A stretch of 64,000 nucleotides of DNA from Candidatus Poribacteria bacterium (GTDB lineage: Bacteria > Poribacteria > WGA-4E > WGA-3G). Positions 38,129 to 50,109 of the stretch are shown in pieces. A program made the position numbers and the translations under genes. A model generated the notes under the pieces. The model was not told where the DNA came from, did not search any database, and was given only the letters and a program-made list of their open reading frames with translations. Each line of letters opens with the position of its first letter. Position 1 is the stretch's first letter. The stretch lies in the NCBI GenBank assembly GCA_964291315.2, contig OZ219753.1, forward strand, positions 2,816,001 through 2,880,000. The letters are read 5' to 3'.

Positions 38129-39016
38129 TTAGGGGAGTTTTGGAATTTTGCCCTGTTGAAACCATTGCGAATCTGCGGGTGGCGATTCGTCTGGTTTTTT
38201 CAGCGTTTCAAAGGTCTTCAAGACCGGTGCGACGGTTTCGGTCCATATTTGTTCGACTTCTGCAAAGGTTACGGGGTGTCGGTCAGAGATATCGGTTTCT
38301 GCGTAAGCGTTCAATAGCTCCTGCATTTTTTGTCCGAGCCAGGTGACTTCATCGTTGACCATGCGTTCCCCGATGCGTCTGTCTGATTCAGAGGCGTTTG
38401 CTCCCATTGCGAAGTGAGGTCCTTGTGTATCGGGGTTGGGCATTCGTGAGATGTCAACGCAGTCGGGTTCTAATGCCCATAGGAGTGAGGTTTCGACCCT
38501 CCCGGCATGGTCGCCGCTGTTGCCTTGTTGGTCGAATCCGGGCGTGTTTGCTTCAAAATCGGGGAGTCCGTAGAGTTGCATAGCGAAGTAGGGTTGAATG
38601 AGAGAGAGGAGGGTTTTGAGGTCTTGCCAGTTCGGTCCGTAGTGTCCTGTGAGGAAGAGAGCTGCGTGAAAACCGAGGGCGTCGGCTGCGCGAACGTGGT
38701 AGCAGACGTTTTTGAAGTGTTGCCAGGCGGGTATAGCTGTCAGCCAGCTTCGTACTTCGCCTACGTTCTGATAAGCCCAATTTGCATACATGCCGTGTTC
38801 GTGGATGTGCCAGTAGTCGGGTGGGGCGACGATGCCGCCGTGGGTTTCTGCCGCGCGACGAGCGATTGCGTGTGCTTTGAGTGCGTCCAAACCGACGGTA
38901 TTCTGGGGTCCGTGGGGTTCACAAAGTCCGTAAGTGAAATAGACGGCAGGGCACTGATCGAACGCTGCTTCCAATTCGTCGGGGAACATGCGTTCCCATC
39001 GTACCTCTTTTCGCAT
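38129..39016 (-). CDS. Creatininase family protein
   Basis: EPHGPQ..GLD, TGHYG, DHAGRVETS. Confidence 0.85.
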   Translation of the reverse strand: MRKEVRWERMFPDELEAAFDQCPAVYFTYGLCEPHGPQNTVGLDALKAHAIARRAAETHGGIVAPPDYWHIHEHGMYANWAYQNVGEVRSWLTAIPAWQHFKNVCYHVRAADALGFHAALFLTGHYGPNWQDLKTLLSLIQPYFAMQLYGLPDFEANTPGFDQQGNSGDHAGRVETSLLWALEPDCVDISRMPNPDTQGPHFAMGANASESDRRIGERMVNDEVTWLGQKMQELLNAYAETDISDRHPVTFAEVEQIWTETVAPVLKTFETLKKPDESPPADSQWFQQGKIPKLP

Positions 39017-39130
39017 ATCTATTCTCCGTCTGAAACCGGGTGGGTTATCAGCATTTGTTGGTTATTCATTTTGCCCTTTCAATTCTGTTTTCCGCAATTT
39101 TTAAAAGGATATTACATTTCGGTTGTTCAT

Positions 39131-40006
39131 TTATAACGTAGTGTGCGGGTTTTGCAAATTTAGAGTTCGGCAAATTTTTTTTGCCCCGGCAAGGCGTGGT
39201 TGCAATTCAAACGCCCTTTTCAAAATAGTGCGTGCTTCGGAAAGTCGATTAGTCTGCACATAGAATTCAGCTATTTTTTTGTAGGTCCTGGCGGTTTCTT
39301 GCTTGGGGAGTTTTAATGCTTGGATCTTGGTGAGTAGAATATGGTGTGTTTGATTGTATCCGTCGACACTGAAAAAGTAGAGATAGATGAATTTGAGGCG
39401 GTCTTTAACTTCTCGGGTAAAGTGTTTGAAACAGGGGCGTTTTGCTTCTGCGGACAAGAGGGATTCGTAGATCAGCATTGCTTGTTTGATTTTTTGGTGC
39501 CGCTCGGGGTCGGGTGCTGACTTTCGGTTGGAGAATCCGAGGTTCTGGTAGGCTTCGGCGATAAGGAATTCACAGTCGCGACTCTTTTCGTAGCTCAGGA
39601 AATCGTCGATGCGCCAGTTTTTGCCTGTTTCTAGGTTGTTATTACAGAATTGTTCATATAAGGAGATGCCGGTTTCGTAGTTCTGATTCAGGAGTGCTTC
39701 GAGCAGTCGTTCTAACTTGGCGTAGCTCTGGTTCAGTATGCTGAGCTTTTCGAGATAGGCTTCCCGCGCGCTTTGGTGACGTTCGAGCGTTCGTAGCTTC
39801 TGATCGTAATTCGACTTCTGTTTCTTATCGCGTAAAGTATTATATGCCGTCCATACTTCGCGAAACATGTGTTCGGCGGTTGCAATTTTCTCCGAATTTT
39901 TATCCGGGTGATAACGTTTTGCGAGTCTCCGAAAGGCGTGTTTTATTTCAGAGGCGGTAGCGTCTCGTCTGATTCCTAAGATTTGATAATGGTCTGGCAT
40001 TTGCAT
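39131..40006 (-). CDS. DnaJ-domain protein with a C-terminal TPR-like helical region
   Basis: DHYQILG...KRYHPDKN...AYNTLRD; C-terminal EARTILKRAFELQP. Confidence 0.85.
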   Translation of the reverse strand: MQMPDHYQILGIRRDATASEIKHAFRRLAKRYHPDKNSEKIATAEHMFREVWTAYNTLRDKKQKSNYDQKLRTLERHQSAREAYLEKLSILNQSYAKLERLLEALLNQNYETGISLYEQFCNNNLETGKNWRIDDFLSYEKSRDCEFLIAEAYQNLGFSNRKSAPDPERHQKIKQAMLIYESLLSAEAKRPCFKHFTREVKDRLKFIYLYFFSVDGYNQTHHILLTKIQALKLPKQETARTYKKIAEFYVQTNRLSEARTILKRAFELQPRLAGAKKICRTLNLQNPHTTL

Positions 40007-40090
40007 GTCAATACGTTTGTTCTGATAGATACAGTATTTATAATTCCACAGATTTCAGAATTTGTCAAGCGGAAAATTGGAAGGCTGCGT

Positions 40091-43000
40091 CTACAGAGTG
40101 TCTCGTAAAAAACGTGCGGTATGAGATGTTTGGTTGTTCGCGACCTGTTCTGGTGTTCCGATTGCAACGACTTCGCCTCCGTTTTTGCTTCCCTCTGGTC
40201 CCAGGTCGATGATCCAGTCGGCGGATTTGATAACGTCAATGTTGTGTTCAACAGCGATAATGGTATTGCCGGTGTCGACGAGTCGGTTCAGCACTTTGAG
40301 GAGTTTCTGGATGTCATCGAAGTGGAGGCCTGTTGTGGGTTCGTCCATGATGTAGAGGGTTGATCTTTTGTGCTGTCGTGCCAGCTCTTTTGCGAGTTTC
40401 ACGCGTTGTGCCTCGCCCCCGGAAAGGGTTGTTGCTGACTGTCCGAGTTGGATGTAGCCCAATCCGACATCTGCCAACATCTGGAGTGTCCGGCAGATCG
40501 GCGAATTTTCAGTGAAGAAATTGAGTGCCTCATCTACTGTCATATCCAAGACTTCGGCAATATTTTTGCCTTTATAACGGATTTCAAGTGTTTCGTCGTT
40601 GTAGCCTGTACTGTTACATGCTTCACACGGCATCCACACGTCGGGGAGGAAATGCATCTCGACGCGGTTAAAACGTTGCCCCTCACACACATAGCACTGT
40701 CCGGCGGCGAGGTTGAAACTGAAGAATTCCATGTTAAACCCGCGTGTCTTCGCGTCGTGTTGTTCGGCAAAGAGCGCGCGGATCTTCGTGAACAGGTCGG
40801 TATAGGTTGCTGGGTTTGAACGCGGTGTTTCACCGATTGCTTTCTGGTCTACATTGATGAGGCGTTTGATATGGCTAATTCCTCGGATGCTCTTATATTC
40901 GGGTAAACCGTAGTCGTTATAGATAGGTTCGCGTTGTCCGTCAGTCGTATAGTAGCTGTAGCGTAGTTCTGCTCGTTCGGCTGTTTTGATGGATTTGCGA
41001 GTTTCAAGGGCAGGTTTTAGCGTGCCTTCAACGAGCGAGCTTTTCCCGCATCCTGATACGCCGGTTACACATGTAAGCGTTCCCAATGGAATTTTAACGT
41101 TAATGTCTTTAAGATTGTTGGTTCTTGCGCCGTATATTGCTAGTTCTTTGCCTGTCCCTTTGCGTCGTGTTTTCGGTATTGGAATTTTTACTTGGTTGGA
41201 GAGATAAGCTTGCGTCAAGGATTTAAGAGAGGTTTTTTGATTTTGCTCTTGTATTGTGGGGGGTTCCTGAGTGAAGGTATCGGGTGTACCGACGGCGGTA
41301 ATTTCGCCACCGTTTTTACCTGCGCGCGGTCCGAAGTCGATCACGTGATCGGAGGCTAGTATTGTGTCTCGGTCGTGTTCGACGACGAGGACGCTGTTAC
41401 CGATATTGCGGAGTTGTTTAAGCGCGGCGATGAGACGTTGCTGATCGCGTGGGTGTAAGCCGATGCTTGGTTCGTCGAGGATATAGGTTACGCCTGTGAG
41501 TCCTGTGCCGAGTTGGCTTGCGAGGTGGATTCTACGCATTTCGCCCCCGGAGAGTGTCGGTGCCCCGCGGTCGAGTGCGAGGTAACCGAGTCCGATATCT
41601 TCTAGAAATTGGAGTCGCGCTTGGATTTGCGCGAGGACTTCGGCTTCAAACTCAGGAGAGGTATGCAGGTGAAGTGCGGGGTGCGTGGCTCTTGAAATTG
41701 AGACACTTGTTGCGCTCTGTTGGTTTCTCTGTTTGGTTTCTACGTCCATGTCGGCGATCTGTGCTTCAATCTGCTTTAGGCGTGCGTCCAAGGATTCAAT
41801 GATCTCGGTGATTGACAACGTCATCAATTCGGCGATGGTTGTTCCTTGAAACATAACGCATCTGGGGAAAGGTTTCAGACGTGTGCCTTGACACTCGTTG
41901 CACAGATTGTAGGGTGGGTAAGTGTTTCGCCCGCGTCCATTACAGGAGTCGCAAGCCCCTATTTTGTTGTTAAAAGAGAAGTGCCGTGGTGTGAGTTGTC
42001 CGAAGTTGCTGCCACAATTAGGACACATTGCGTGTTCGCTAAAGAAGTGGCGTGCTGATTTTCTGCTGTGCTTGTTTTCCTCGATAAGCACGAACCCGCC
42101 GCTCTGGCGTAGTGCTAATTCGATTGCCTCCATAAAACGGCTCTTTTCTTCATCGACAAGTTCGACACGGTCGATGACAATAGAGATTTCGTGGTGAATG
42201 CCGCGGCTCAGTGTCGGTACTTCGTCGAGTCGGTGGATCTCACCGTCGATTTGGATGCGAACGAATCCTGCTTTTTGTAACCGTCTGAATACGTTGGTAT
42301 AGTCTTCATGTCCGTCTATACCGTAAGCGGCTTCATTGACGTTGATGTCAATAATCTTGCCTGCTGTTTCCCGTGTCTCACTTGTGGGAATAAGTATAAA
42401 GTTTGTGAGCGGTGCGAGGACATCGACTCTCTGTTTGTGTGCGATCTGAAAAATCCTGCTTGTTATTTCTTCAGCGGTCTGTGAACAGACGGGTTTGCGG
42501 CAATCTGGGCAGTGTGGTTTACCCCATTTAGCGTAAAGCGTGCGTAGTCCGTCATGTATCTCCGTGATAGTTGCCACGGTTGAGCGTGGATTTTGACCTG
42601 CGTTGGCGTGTGAGATTGCGATGGCGGGTGAGAGTCCCTCAATTTTTGAGACTTTAGGTTTCCCTTTCTGTCCTATAAATTGGCGTGCATAGGTGCTGAG
42701 CGTTTCGATGTAGCGTCGTTGGCCTTCAGCGTAAATCGTGTCGAGTGCGAGGGATGTCTTGCCAGAGCCGCTGACTCCTGTCAGTGTTGTCATTTTTCGA
42801 TGGGGGATATCGACGTTCACGTTTTTGAGGTTATTTTCTGATGCCCCTTGTACAGTGATGGTTGTGGTTCTCTGTTGTTTCTGCTCAAAGAGGGATGCGA
42901 GTTCGGGTTCAATGAGTCGTTGCTTTGCATCACGCCAGATGTCGAAGTCTCCTCGTAGTGCTTGTCCTGTGTAAGATTCGGGTATTTCGGCAACTTGTTC

Positions 43001-45838
43001 AGGCGTACCGATGGCGACGATTGAGCCTCCAGCAACGCCGCCTTCTGGTCCTAAGTCGATAAGGTAATCTGCGGAACTAATCACTTCAAGATTGTGTTCT
43101 ACGACAACCACAGTGTTGCCGTCATCTACGAGTCGGTGTAGGATTGTCAGGAGTTTATTCACGTCATCAAAATGTAATCCGGTTGTGGGTTCATCGAGGA
43201 TATAAAGCGTTTTTCCGGTTCCTCGTTTAGAGAGTTCTCTTGAAAGTTTGATGCGTTGTGCTTCGCCGCCGGAGAGTGTGGGTGCGGGTTGTCCGAGTTT
43301 AATGTAATCTAGACCGACATCGTGAAGGAGTTTCAATCCCCGGGCGATTTTGGGGATATCGGCGAAATGTGCTAGGGCGGTATCGATATCCATTTCTAGG
43401 ACTTCGGCAATGTTTTTGCCTTTATATTTGATAGCGAGGGTTTCGGTGTTGAAGCGTTTTCCGTTGCACACTTCACACTCAACCCAGACATCAGAGAGGA
43501 GTCCCATATCGACTTTTTTTGCGCCGTTGCCGCGGCATGCTTCGCATCTGCCGCCGGTGACGTTGAAGCTAAACCGTCCTGGTTTATAGCCTCTCAGCTT
43601 TGCGTCGGGCAAGCCGGCGTATAGCGACCGAATTGGATCGAAGACCTTTGTATAGGTTGCGGCATTAGACCGCGGTGTGCGTCCAATTGGTGCCATGTTA
43701 ATGTTAATAATTTTGTCGAGGATGTGGGAGACAGGCACGTTCTGTTTTTTGATGACTCCTTGGATTTTATCATGGTGCCCTGGTACTGTCTTTGCCTTCA
43801 TGAGATCTCGGGCGAGAGCGCTGTAAAGGATGTCGTGAATTAAGGAGCTCTTTCCGGAACCGCTCACCCCTGTCACGCAGCAGAGCGTGCCGATGGGTAT
43901 TTTAGGGTTGATTCCTTTGAGGTTGTTTTGGCGTGCGTTATAGACTTGTATCCACTTTTCTCCTGTTGAACGGCGTGTTTCTGGTTGCACGATCGTTTTG
44001 TCGCCTCGAAGGTATTGTGCGGTGAGCGTATTGCTCTCTTTCATGAATTGGGCAGGGGTTCCCATGTCGGTCACTTTTCCGCCCTTAATACCTGCTCCGG
44101 GCCCGAAATCGACTATCCAGTCGGCTACGAGCATTGTCGCTTCGTCATGTTCGACGACGATGACGGTGTTTCCTTGGTTGCGGAGGTTTATGAGGGTTGT
44201 GAGGAGTCCTGCGTGGTCCCGAGGGTGTAGTCCGATGCTTGGTTCATCGAGAACGTAGGTGACATCGCGTAGTCCTGCTCCTACCTGACTGGCGAGTCGG
44301 ATGCGTTGTGCTTCGCCGCCGGAGAGGGTTGGTGCGGACCGCGCCAGGGTTAGGTAGCCTAGTCCGACCTTTATGAGGAATCCGAGTCTGCCGCGGATCT
44401 CCTTAAGGAGCTCTTGGGCGATGAATGTCTCGTGTTCGGGGAGCGACAAGGTTTCGAAAAATTCGGAGGCGCATTGGATAGACATCTCTAGAATATCGGT
44501 TATAGGTGCATTATTGAGCGTCACCGCTTTGATCCAGGCGTTCAGTCGGGTTCCCTCACAGGATCGGCAGGGCATTTTTACAAAATAGTCAGGAAACTGC
44601 TCTTCGTCGTTTTCATCGTTGTTTTCGGCGCGGTGTTTTTGTTCTGCAGCGGGTATGATACCGCGAAACTGGATACGGTGTCGTCGTTTTCGCTTTTGGG
44701 ATGTGCTTGTCTGTGGTGTGATGATTGTAAGGATGTCGTCGCCTGTGCCGTATAGAATTGCCTGCTGTTGTTCGGTAGTGAGGTCTTTCCACGGTGTTGT
44801 GACATCGAATTCGAGGTGTTTTGCGAGTGCTTCTGTTAGCGATTTTTCGGTGACACGGTTTCGTTTATTTAGGGGTCCCCACAGACGGATGGCTCCTTTC
44901 ATAATGGAGCGTGTATTGTCTGAGATAATTAGCTCCGGTAAAATTCCCATTCGTGTGCCTAAGCCACTGCAATCGTTACACATTCCATCGGGGTTGTTGA
45001 AGGAGAAGTGTCGGGGTTCGGGCTTCACGTAACTAACCTGACAGGCTGAACAGCTGTAGTGTTCACTAAACAGTAAGTCATTTTCTGCGGGCATGAATGT
45101 GGCGTTCCGATTTTCGGTTGGAACGATATGGACGAGCATACTGCCGTTTCCGTGCAACAGTGCGGCGTTTACGGCTTCGGTGATGCGAGGCTCAATGTCG
45201 TCTTTAATGATAATCCGATCGATGATAATGTCGATATCGTGGCGTTGGTTGCGACTGAGGACGAAGCCTGGGTGCAGTTCATGTATTTCGCTATCGATGC
45301 GTAAACGTGCAACGCCGGCATTTCTTAAATCCTCAATTTCTTTTTCGTGTGCGCCGCGGGATCTTCGCGCAAAGGGGGCTAAGATGACAAATCTTGTGCG
45401 TTTCGGGTAGTTAAGCAGGGTTTTGACAATGTCTGAGGTTGTTTGTGAGCCGACTTCTCCGCCGCATGTAGGGCAGTGGAATTGTCCCACGCGGGCGTAG
45501 AGGACGCGCAGGTAGTCATAGATCTCGGTTACTGTTGCAACTGTGGAACGTGGGTTGTGTCCTGTTGAGCCTTGATTAATAGCAATAGAGGGAGATAAAC
45601 CAATAATTTCGTCTACATCAGGCTTCCTGAGTTGCCCCAGAAATTGCCGTGCATAGGCCGATAGAGATTCTATATAGCGGCGCTGTCCTTCCGCGTAGAC
45701 GGTGTCAATTGCCAGTGAAGACTTGCCGGAACCGCTAACGCCCGTAAAGACGATGAGCTTATCTTTTGGAAGTTGGATGTCGATGTTTCTGAGGTTGTGT
45801 TCTCGCGCACCTTGTACATGAATTGACTCTTCTGTCAT
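40091..45838 (-). CDS. uvrA: Excinuclease ABC subunit A, double-length (two fused UvrA units)
   Basis: Four Walker A motifs (GVSGSGKSS x2, [18 protein letters not shown]), four LSGGE motifs, two [10 protein letters not shown] motifs. ATG at 45838 after GGGAG; the ORF extends to 45904. Confidence 0.95.
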   Translation of the reverse strand: MTEESIHVQGAREHNLRNIDIQLPKDKLIVFTGVSGSGKSSLAIDTVYAEGQRRYIESLSAYARQFLGQLRKPDVDEIIGLSPSIAINQGSTGHNPRSTVATVTEIYDYLRVLYARVGQFHCPTCGGEVGSQTTSDIVKTLLNYPKRTRFVILAPFARRSRGAHEKEIEDLRNAGVARLRIDSEIHELHPGFVLSRNQRHDIDIIIDRIIIKDDIEPRITEAVNAALLHGNGSMLVHIVPTENRNATFMPAENDLLFSEHYSCSACQVSYVKPEPRHFSFNNPDGMCNDCSGLGTRMGILPELIISDNTRSIMKGAIRLWGPLNKRNRVTEKSLTEALAKHLEFDVTTPWKDLTTEQQQAILYGTGDDILTIITPQTSTSQKRKRRHRIQFRGIIPAAEQKHRAENNDENDEEQFPDYFVKMPCRSCEGTRLNAWIKAVTLNNAPITDILEMSIQCASEFFETLSLPEHETFIAQELLKEIRGRLGFLIKVGLGYLTLARSAPTLSGGEAQRIRLASQVGAGLRDVTYVLDEPSIGLHPRDHAGLLTTLINLRNQGNTVIVVEHDEATMLVADWIVDFGPGAGIKGGKVTDMGTPAQFMKESNTLTAQYLRGDKTIVQPETRRSTGEKWIQVYNARQNNLKGINPKIPIGTLCCVTGVSGSGKSSLIHDILYSALARDLMKAKTVPGHHDKIQGVIKKQNVPVSHILDKIININMAPIGRTPRSNAATYTKVFDPIRSLYAGLPDAKLRGYKPGRFSFNVTGGRCEACRGNGAKKVDMGLLSDVWVECEVCNGKRFNTETLAIKYKGKNIAEVLEMDIDTALAHFADIPKIARGLKLLHDVGLDYIKLGQPAPTLSGGEAQRIKLSRELSKRGTGKTLYILDEPTTGLHFDDVNKLLTILHRLVDDGNTVVVVEHNLEVISSADYLIDLGPEGGVAGGSIVAIGTPEQVAEIPESYTGQALRGDFDIWRDAKQRLIEPELASLFEQKQQRTTTITVQGASENNLKNVNVDIPHRKMTTLTGVSGSGKTSLALDTIYAEGQRRYIETLSTYARQFIGQKGKPKVSKIEGLSPAIAISHANAGQNPRSTVATITEIHDGLRTLYAKWGKPHCPDCRKPVCSQTAEEITSRIFQIAHKQRVDVLAPLTNFILIPTSETRETAGKIIDINVNEAAYGIDGHEDYTNVFRRLQKAGFVRIQIDGEIHRLDEVPTLSRGIHHEISIVIDRVELVDEEKSRFMEAIELALRQSGGFVLIEENKHSRKSARHFFSEHAMCPNCGSNFGQLTPRHFSFNNKIGACDSCNGRGRNTYPPYNLCNECQGTRLKPFPRCVMFQGTTIAELMTLSITEIIESLDARLKQIEAQIADMDVETKQRNQQSATSVSISRATHPALHLHTSPEFEAEVLAQIQARLQFLEDIGLGYLALDRGAPTLSGGEMRRIHLASQLGTGLTGVTYILDEPSIGLHPRDQQRLIAALKQLRNIGNSVLVVEHDRDTILASDHVIDFGPRAGKNGGEITAVGTPDTFTQEPPTIQEQNQKTSLKSLTQAYLSNQVKIPIPKTRRKGTGKELAIYGARTNNLKDINVKIPLGTLTCVTGVSGCGKSSLVEGTLKPALETRKSIKTAERAELRYSYYTTDGQREPIYNDYGLPEYKSIRGISHIKRLINVDQKAIGETPRSNPATYTDLFTKIRALFAEQHDAKTRGFNMEFFSFNLAAGQCYVCEGQRFNRVEMHFLPDVWMPCEACNSTGYNDETLEIRYKGKNIAEVLDMTVDEALNFFTENSPICRTLQMLADVGLGYIQLGQSATTLSGGEAQRVKLAKELARQHKRSTLYIMDEPTTGLHFDDIQKLLKVLNRLVDTGNTIIAVEHNIDVIKSADWIIDLGPEGSKNGGEVVAIGTPEQVANNQTSHTARFLRDTL

Positions 45839-45907
45839 CGCAGAGCTCCCAATGGTTGTTTGAGTTGCAGGTTTTTGTGCGTGTGCCTGTATTTTTTCGC
45901 GCATCTG

Positions 45908-46825
45908 TTATATGTCCATGAAGCCGCCTAGTTCTTTAAGTTTACGAGCGTCTCTGCGCCAGTCGGCTTTGACTGTTACGTAGATTTCTAGAAAGACGCG
46001 GGCATCTAAGAATTTTTCAATATCCATGCGAGCGAGTTGCCCGATCCGTTTTACCAACCTTCCGTTTTTACCGATAATAATCTGCTTCTGTGTCTGTCGT
46101 TCTGCGTAAACTACGGCGCGGATATAGATAATTTCACTAGATTTATTGGTTTGGCGTTTCTCGAATTCTTCGATGACGACAGCGGAGGCGTATGGAATTT
46201 CGCGTTTCGTCAGGAGCATAATTTTCTCACGAACGGTTTCTGCGATAAAAAAGCGTTCGGGGAGATCGCTGATTTGTTCTTCTGGGAAGTAAAGAGGACC
46301 TAGTGGCAGGTAGTTGCGTATCTGTTCAAGGAGGAGTGGAACCCCGTCGGTTGTTAGTGCGGAAATAGGTATCATTTGTGCGAATTCAAATTTCTGATTG
46401 TAATCTTCAAAGATAGGGAGTAGGGTTGGTTTTGAAACGAGATCCACCTTATTCAACACAAGGATCGCTGTGGACTGGATACGGTGGAGACGTTTTAAAA
46501 TTCTGGCTTCCATTTGGGTATCAGGATGGGCAACGTCAACGACAAAAAGGACGACATCGGCGTTTTCCAAAGCGTTATAGGCTGTGCGAACCATCTCGCT
46601 CTGCAAACGGTATTTCGGGTTCATTAATCCCGGCGTATCAACAAAAATGATTTGATAGGTATCCGCGGTGACAATTCCACGGATCTGATTTCGAGTTGTC
46701 TGGGGTTTCGGGGTGACGATGGCTAATTTCTGACCTAAAAAGGCGTTGAGTAAGGTCGATTTGCCGACGTTGGGGGCACCGATGATGCTAGCGTAACCGG
46801 ATTTAAAATTTTGGGTTTCGTGCAT
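45908..46825 (-). CDS. era: GTPase Era
   Basis: GAPNVGKS, PQTTR, DTPG, NKVD, EIPY, KH-domain IIIGKNG. Confidence 0.97.
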   Translation of the reverse strand: MHETQNFKSGYASIIGAPNVGKSTLLNAFLGQKLAIVTPKPQTTRNQIRGIVTADTYQIIFVDTPGLMNPKYRLQSEMVRTAYNALENADVVLFVVDVAHPDTQMEARILKRLHRIQSTAILVLNKVDLVSKPTLLPIFEDYNQKFEFAQMIPISALTTDGVPLLLEQIRNYLPLGPLYFPEEQISDLPERFFIAETVREKIMLLTKREIPYASAVVIEEFEKRQTNKSSEIIYIRAVVYAERQTQKQIIIGKNGRLVKRIGQLARMDIEKFLDARVFLEIYVTVKADWRRDARKLKELGGFMDI

Positions 46826-46888
46826 AATTTTTGATGGCAAAGTTGCTTTGCGATATTGCGATATGTTGAGGCAGTGATTTCGATATCT

Positions 46889-46917
46889 ATTATATCATTT
46901 CTGCTTGTGAAAGTCAA
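46889..46917 (-). promoter_or_regulatory. Sigma70-type promoter for era-uvrA
   Basis: TTGACT-N17-TATAAT with an extended -10 TG. Confidence 0.7.
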
Positions 46918-47014
46918 AGGCAATGCTGAAAAATTCAGGAGACGTATCGAGGTGTCCGTCATTTTCAGTGAGCGGTTCCTCTTTGGCGTTTCTTATAATA
47001 AATATATTTCAGTG

Positions 47015-47629
47015 TTAGGTGTTTTGTTCCTCAATTTGATGCAATGCCTCACTGATGTAGCGTCGGATCCATTCGCTATTAGTGGTTTCGGCCAATGTGT
47101 TGAGTGCGGAAACGGCTTGCGGGTTGCCGATTCGACCTAGAGCGACGACGGCGGCAGAACAGACAGCTCTGTCGGGGTCTGTTATGCTATTTATGAGCGT
47201 GTCTATTATCTGAATAGGTGGCGTTGAGAATCTGTCTTCACTGAGTCCTAGTTGGCCGAGGGCAACGACGGCTGCGCATCTCATATCGGCTTCTTCGTCT
47301 TGTATGAAGGGAATGAGGACCTCAGCGGTAGTGGTATCGCCGATCTTTCCAAGCGAGGAAATAGCGAAACGGCGGACATTTGTGCTGTTATCGTTTAGAG
47401 CGTTGATGAGCGGGGCGACGGCATGGATATCGCCAACCCCTCCTAACCCTTCGGCAGCGTATGCCCGCATTTCTGCGGATTCCGAGCGCAGCTTTCGCAG
47501 CAATAGATGTGTCGGGATATATCGCCAATTCCGGACGGGTCCGTCTTGATGCAGCAGCCCCTTAATGAATTTGTGTGCCTTTTGCTTTAGAGACAAACTT
47601 GAGGCGGAGTCTACAGTTTCGGGGAGCAT
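47015..47629 (-). CDS. HEAT/PBS-lyase repeat protein
   Basis: Repeats MRAYAAEGLG, VRRFAISSLG, MRCAAVVALG, VCSAAVVALG. Confidence 0.85.
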   Translation of the reverse strand: MLPETVDSASSLSLKQKAHKFIKGLLHQDGPVRNWRYIPTHLLLRKLRSESAEMRAYAAEGLGGVGDIHAVAPLINALNDNSTNVRRFAISSLGKIGDTTTAEVLIPFIQDEEADMRCAAVVALGQLGLSEDRFSTPPIQIIDTLINSITDPDRAVCSAAVVALGRIGNPQAVSALNTLAETTNSEWIRRYISEALHQIEEQNT

Positions 47630-47842
47630 GGGTCACCTCTATTGTGTTATGGCATTGGAAGTTCGATCCAAATACAGTGGATACTCAGTAACGTCTGCTT
47701 TTTGATGTGCAAGATCGGGCATTAATCAGTCGCTTATATGCGTTGTGTCTACCGATTTTGTGAGTTTCTCGGAATACCTCCAAAAATGATTATACCATAG
47801 ACTCTATCTGAATAACAATCTTTTAACTCAGATTTTCCAGTG

Positions 47843-49036
47843 TTAAAGTTTGCTACCTAATTCGTTGGCGATGGTATAGACGTCTTTATCGCCGCGTCCA
47901 GAGAGGCAAACGACAATAATCTTATTCTTTCCTAGTCTAGGGGCGAGCTTTCGCAAATAGGCGATGGCATGTGCGGATTCTAACGCTGGAATGATGCCTT
48001 CTGTCTCTGATAGCAATTGGAATCCTTCTACTGCTTCGGCATCGGTAATTGGGACGTATTCCGCTCGCCGGCTTTCGCGGTAATAACTGTGTTCGGGTCC
48101 GACCCCTGGGTAGTCTAATCCTGCTGAGATTGAGTGGGCGGGTGTTATTTGGCCGTCTTCTTCTTGCAAGAGGTAGCACTTCGCGCCGTGAAAGACACCG
48201 ATGCTACCGGCAGTGAGAGGTGCGGCGTGTCGTCGGCTCCGGATACTTTCGCCGGCGGCTTCTACGCCAATGAGTTGAACGGATTTATCGGCATAGAAAG
48301 GGTGGAACATGCCCAATGAGTTGCTCCCGCCGCCGACACAGGCGATGACGGAATCTGGGAGGGTTCCCTCTTGTTTTAATATCTGTGTTCTCGCCTCTTC
48401 GCCGATAACAGATTGGAAGTCTCGGACGATCATTGGATAGGGATGTGCGCCGACAACTGAGCCGAGGAGCAGGTAGGTTGTGCGGACGTTCGTGACCCAG
48501 TCTCGGAAACAGGCGTTAATTGCGTCTTTGAGCGTGCGGGATCCGGAATTAACGGGCACGACTTTGGTACCCATTAATTGCATTCGGAAGACATTGAGTG
48601 CTTGGCGCTCTATATCTTCTTCACCCATATAGACCTCGCATTCCATATCAAACTTGGCGGCGACGGTAGCGGTTGCGACGCCGTGTTGCCCCGCTCCTGT
48701 TTCTGCGATGATCCGTTTTTTGCCCATCCAGCGTGCAAGGAGAATTTGGCCGATCGCGCTGTTAATTTTATGAGCGCCTGTGTGATTCAGGTCTTCGCGT
48801 TTGAGATATATTTTGGCACCGCCGAGGGTTTCTGTCAAATGTTGGGCATAATAGAGGGGGTTGGGTCGCCCGACATACTCACGGAGGTAGTACCGGAACT
48901 CTTTTTGGAAATCGCGGTTATCTTTCATGTCCGCGTATGCTTCTTCTAGTTCTAAAAGGGCGGGCATGAGTGTTTCGGGGACGTATCTGCCTCCGAATTG
49001 TCCAAAATGTCCTGTTGCGTCAGGGAGTTGTTGCAT
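47843..49036 (-). CDS. trpB: Tryptophan synthase beta chain
   Basis: [45 protein letters not shown]. Confidence 0.98.
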   Translation of the reverse strand: MQQLPDATGHFGQFGGRYVPETLMPALLELEEAYADMKDNRDFQKEFRYYLREYVGRPNPLYYAQHLTETLGGAKIYLKREDLNHTGAHKINSAIGQILLARWMGKKRIIAETGAGQHGVATATVAAKFDMECEVYMGEEDIERQALNVFRMQLMGTKVVPVNSGSRTLKDAINACFRDWVTNVRTTYLLLGSVVGAHPYPMIVRDFQSVIGEEARTQILKQEGTLPDSVIACVGGGSNSLGMFHPFYADKSVQLIGVEAAGESIRSRRHAAPLTAGSIGVFHGAKCYLLQEEDGQITPAHSISAGLDYPGVGPEHSYYRESRRAEYVPITDAEAVEGFQLLSETEGIIPALESAHAIAYLRKLAPRLGKNKIIVVCLSGRGDKDVYTIANELGSKL

Positions 49037-49073
49037 GTGATTTCTCCAATTGCTATTATCGGTTATAGCGTGT

Positions 49074-50090
49074 CTATAAGGTTGTTTTGATAAGTGATTT
49101 TGCTCGCAGGTTCGGCTGTTCTAGAACTGATGGGTTCACAACAGATTTGGGCAATCTACCTGTTAGCACTTGTGCGACACATGTAGCTGCAGTGACCTCC
49201 AGCTCAAGAATTGATTCTTGTGAGATAAAAGCTGCGTGTGGTGTAACGACGACGTTCTCAAGGGTAAGTAGTGTTTCGTTTTTTTCGGGTGGTTCTGTTT
49301 CCAGTACATCTAGCCCGGCGCCTGCGATCTCAGCGTTGCGGAGTGCGATAACGAGTGCTGTGGTGTCTACGATGCCGCCGCGGGCGGTGTTAATTAAGTA
49401 GGCTGTTGGTTTCATTGCTTGAAACTCAGCGTGACTGAACATATGTTGCGTCTCTGAGGTGAGTGGGGCATGGATTGTGATAAAATCAGAGGTTGCGAGG
49501 AGTTCTGGAAATGAAACTTTTTGTGCCCCGTGTTGCTGAATGAATGCGGGGTTGGTGCGTGGCGAATAGATATTGACTGTGAGTCCAAATCCTTTTGCTT
49601 TCGGCAGAATTGCTTGTGCGATCTGTCCAAATCCGATGACCCCGAGCGTTTTGCCCCGGAGTCTATAGATCGCTGGTTGGGTGTTTTGTTCCCATATACC
49701 GGCTCTAATCGCCTGATTGAAGCGTGGGATTTTTCGGGCACATGCGAGTAAAAGTGCCATGGCGTGGTCAGAGACTTCATCAATACAATAGGCGGGGACG
49801 TTTGTGACCAGGATGCCGTGTTGTGTAGCAGCCTCCACGTTGATGTTGTCAATCCCGGTGCCGTAGCGTCCAATAATTTGGCAGTTTTCAGCGGCGGCAA
49901 TCACGGTGGCGTGGATGGGTTTCCAACATGTGAGCATGCCGTGCATCAGGGGTGCGAAGGTGAGGAGTTCTGCCTCGTCGCCTGTCTCCGCTGCGATCAG
50001 CTCGGCTCCGATTTCGGCTAGTACAGTGCGTTCTGGTTCTATGGAGGGCCAAGCGTAATCGGTGATGAGAATTTTCCAGTCATTTTGCAT
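49074..50090 (-). CDS. D-isomer-specific 2-hydroxyacid dehydrogenase (CtBP-like)
   Basis: [33 protein letters not shown]. Confidence 0.9.
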   Translation of the reverse strand: MQNDWKILITDYAWPSIEPERTVLAEIGAELIAAETGDEAELLTFAPLMHGMLTCWKPIHATVIAAAENCQIIGRYGTGIDNINVEAATQHGILVTNVPAYCIDEVSDHAMALLLACARKIPRFNQAIRAGIWEQNTQPAIYRLRGKTLGVIGFGQIAQAILPKAKGFGLTVNIYSPRTNPAFIQQHGAQKVSFPELLATSDFITIHAPLTSETQHMFSHAEFQAMKPTAYLINTARGGIVDTTALVIALRNAEIAGAGLDVLETEPPEKNETLLTLENVVVTPHAAFISQESILELEVTAATCVAQVLTGRLPKSVVNPSVLEQPNLRAKSLIKTTL

Positions 50091-50109
50091 GTTTTTATTT
50101 TTGTGATGT

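Noticed and set aside
38507-39136. 209-aa plus-strand ORF and the many similar short antisense ORFs
   Set aside because: They overlap well-supported genes on the opposite strand and lack family motifs.
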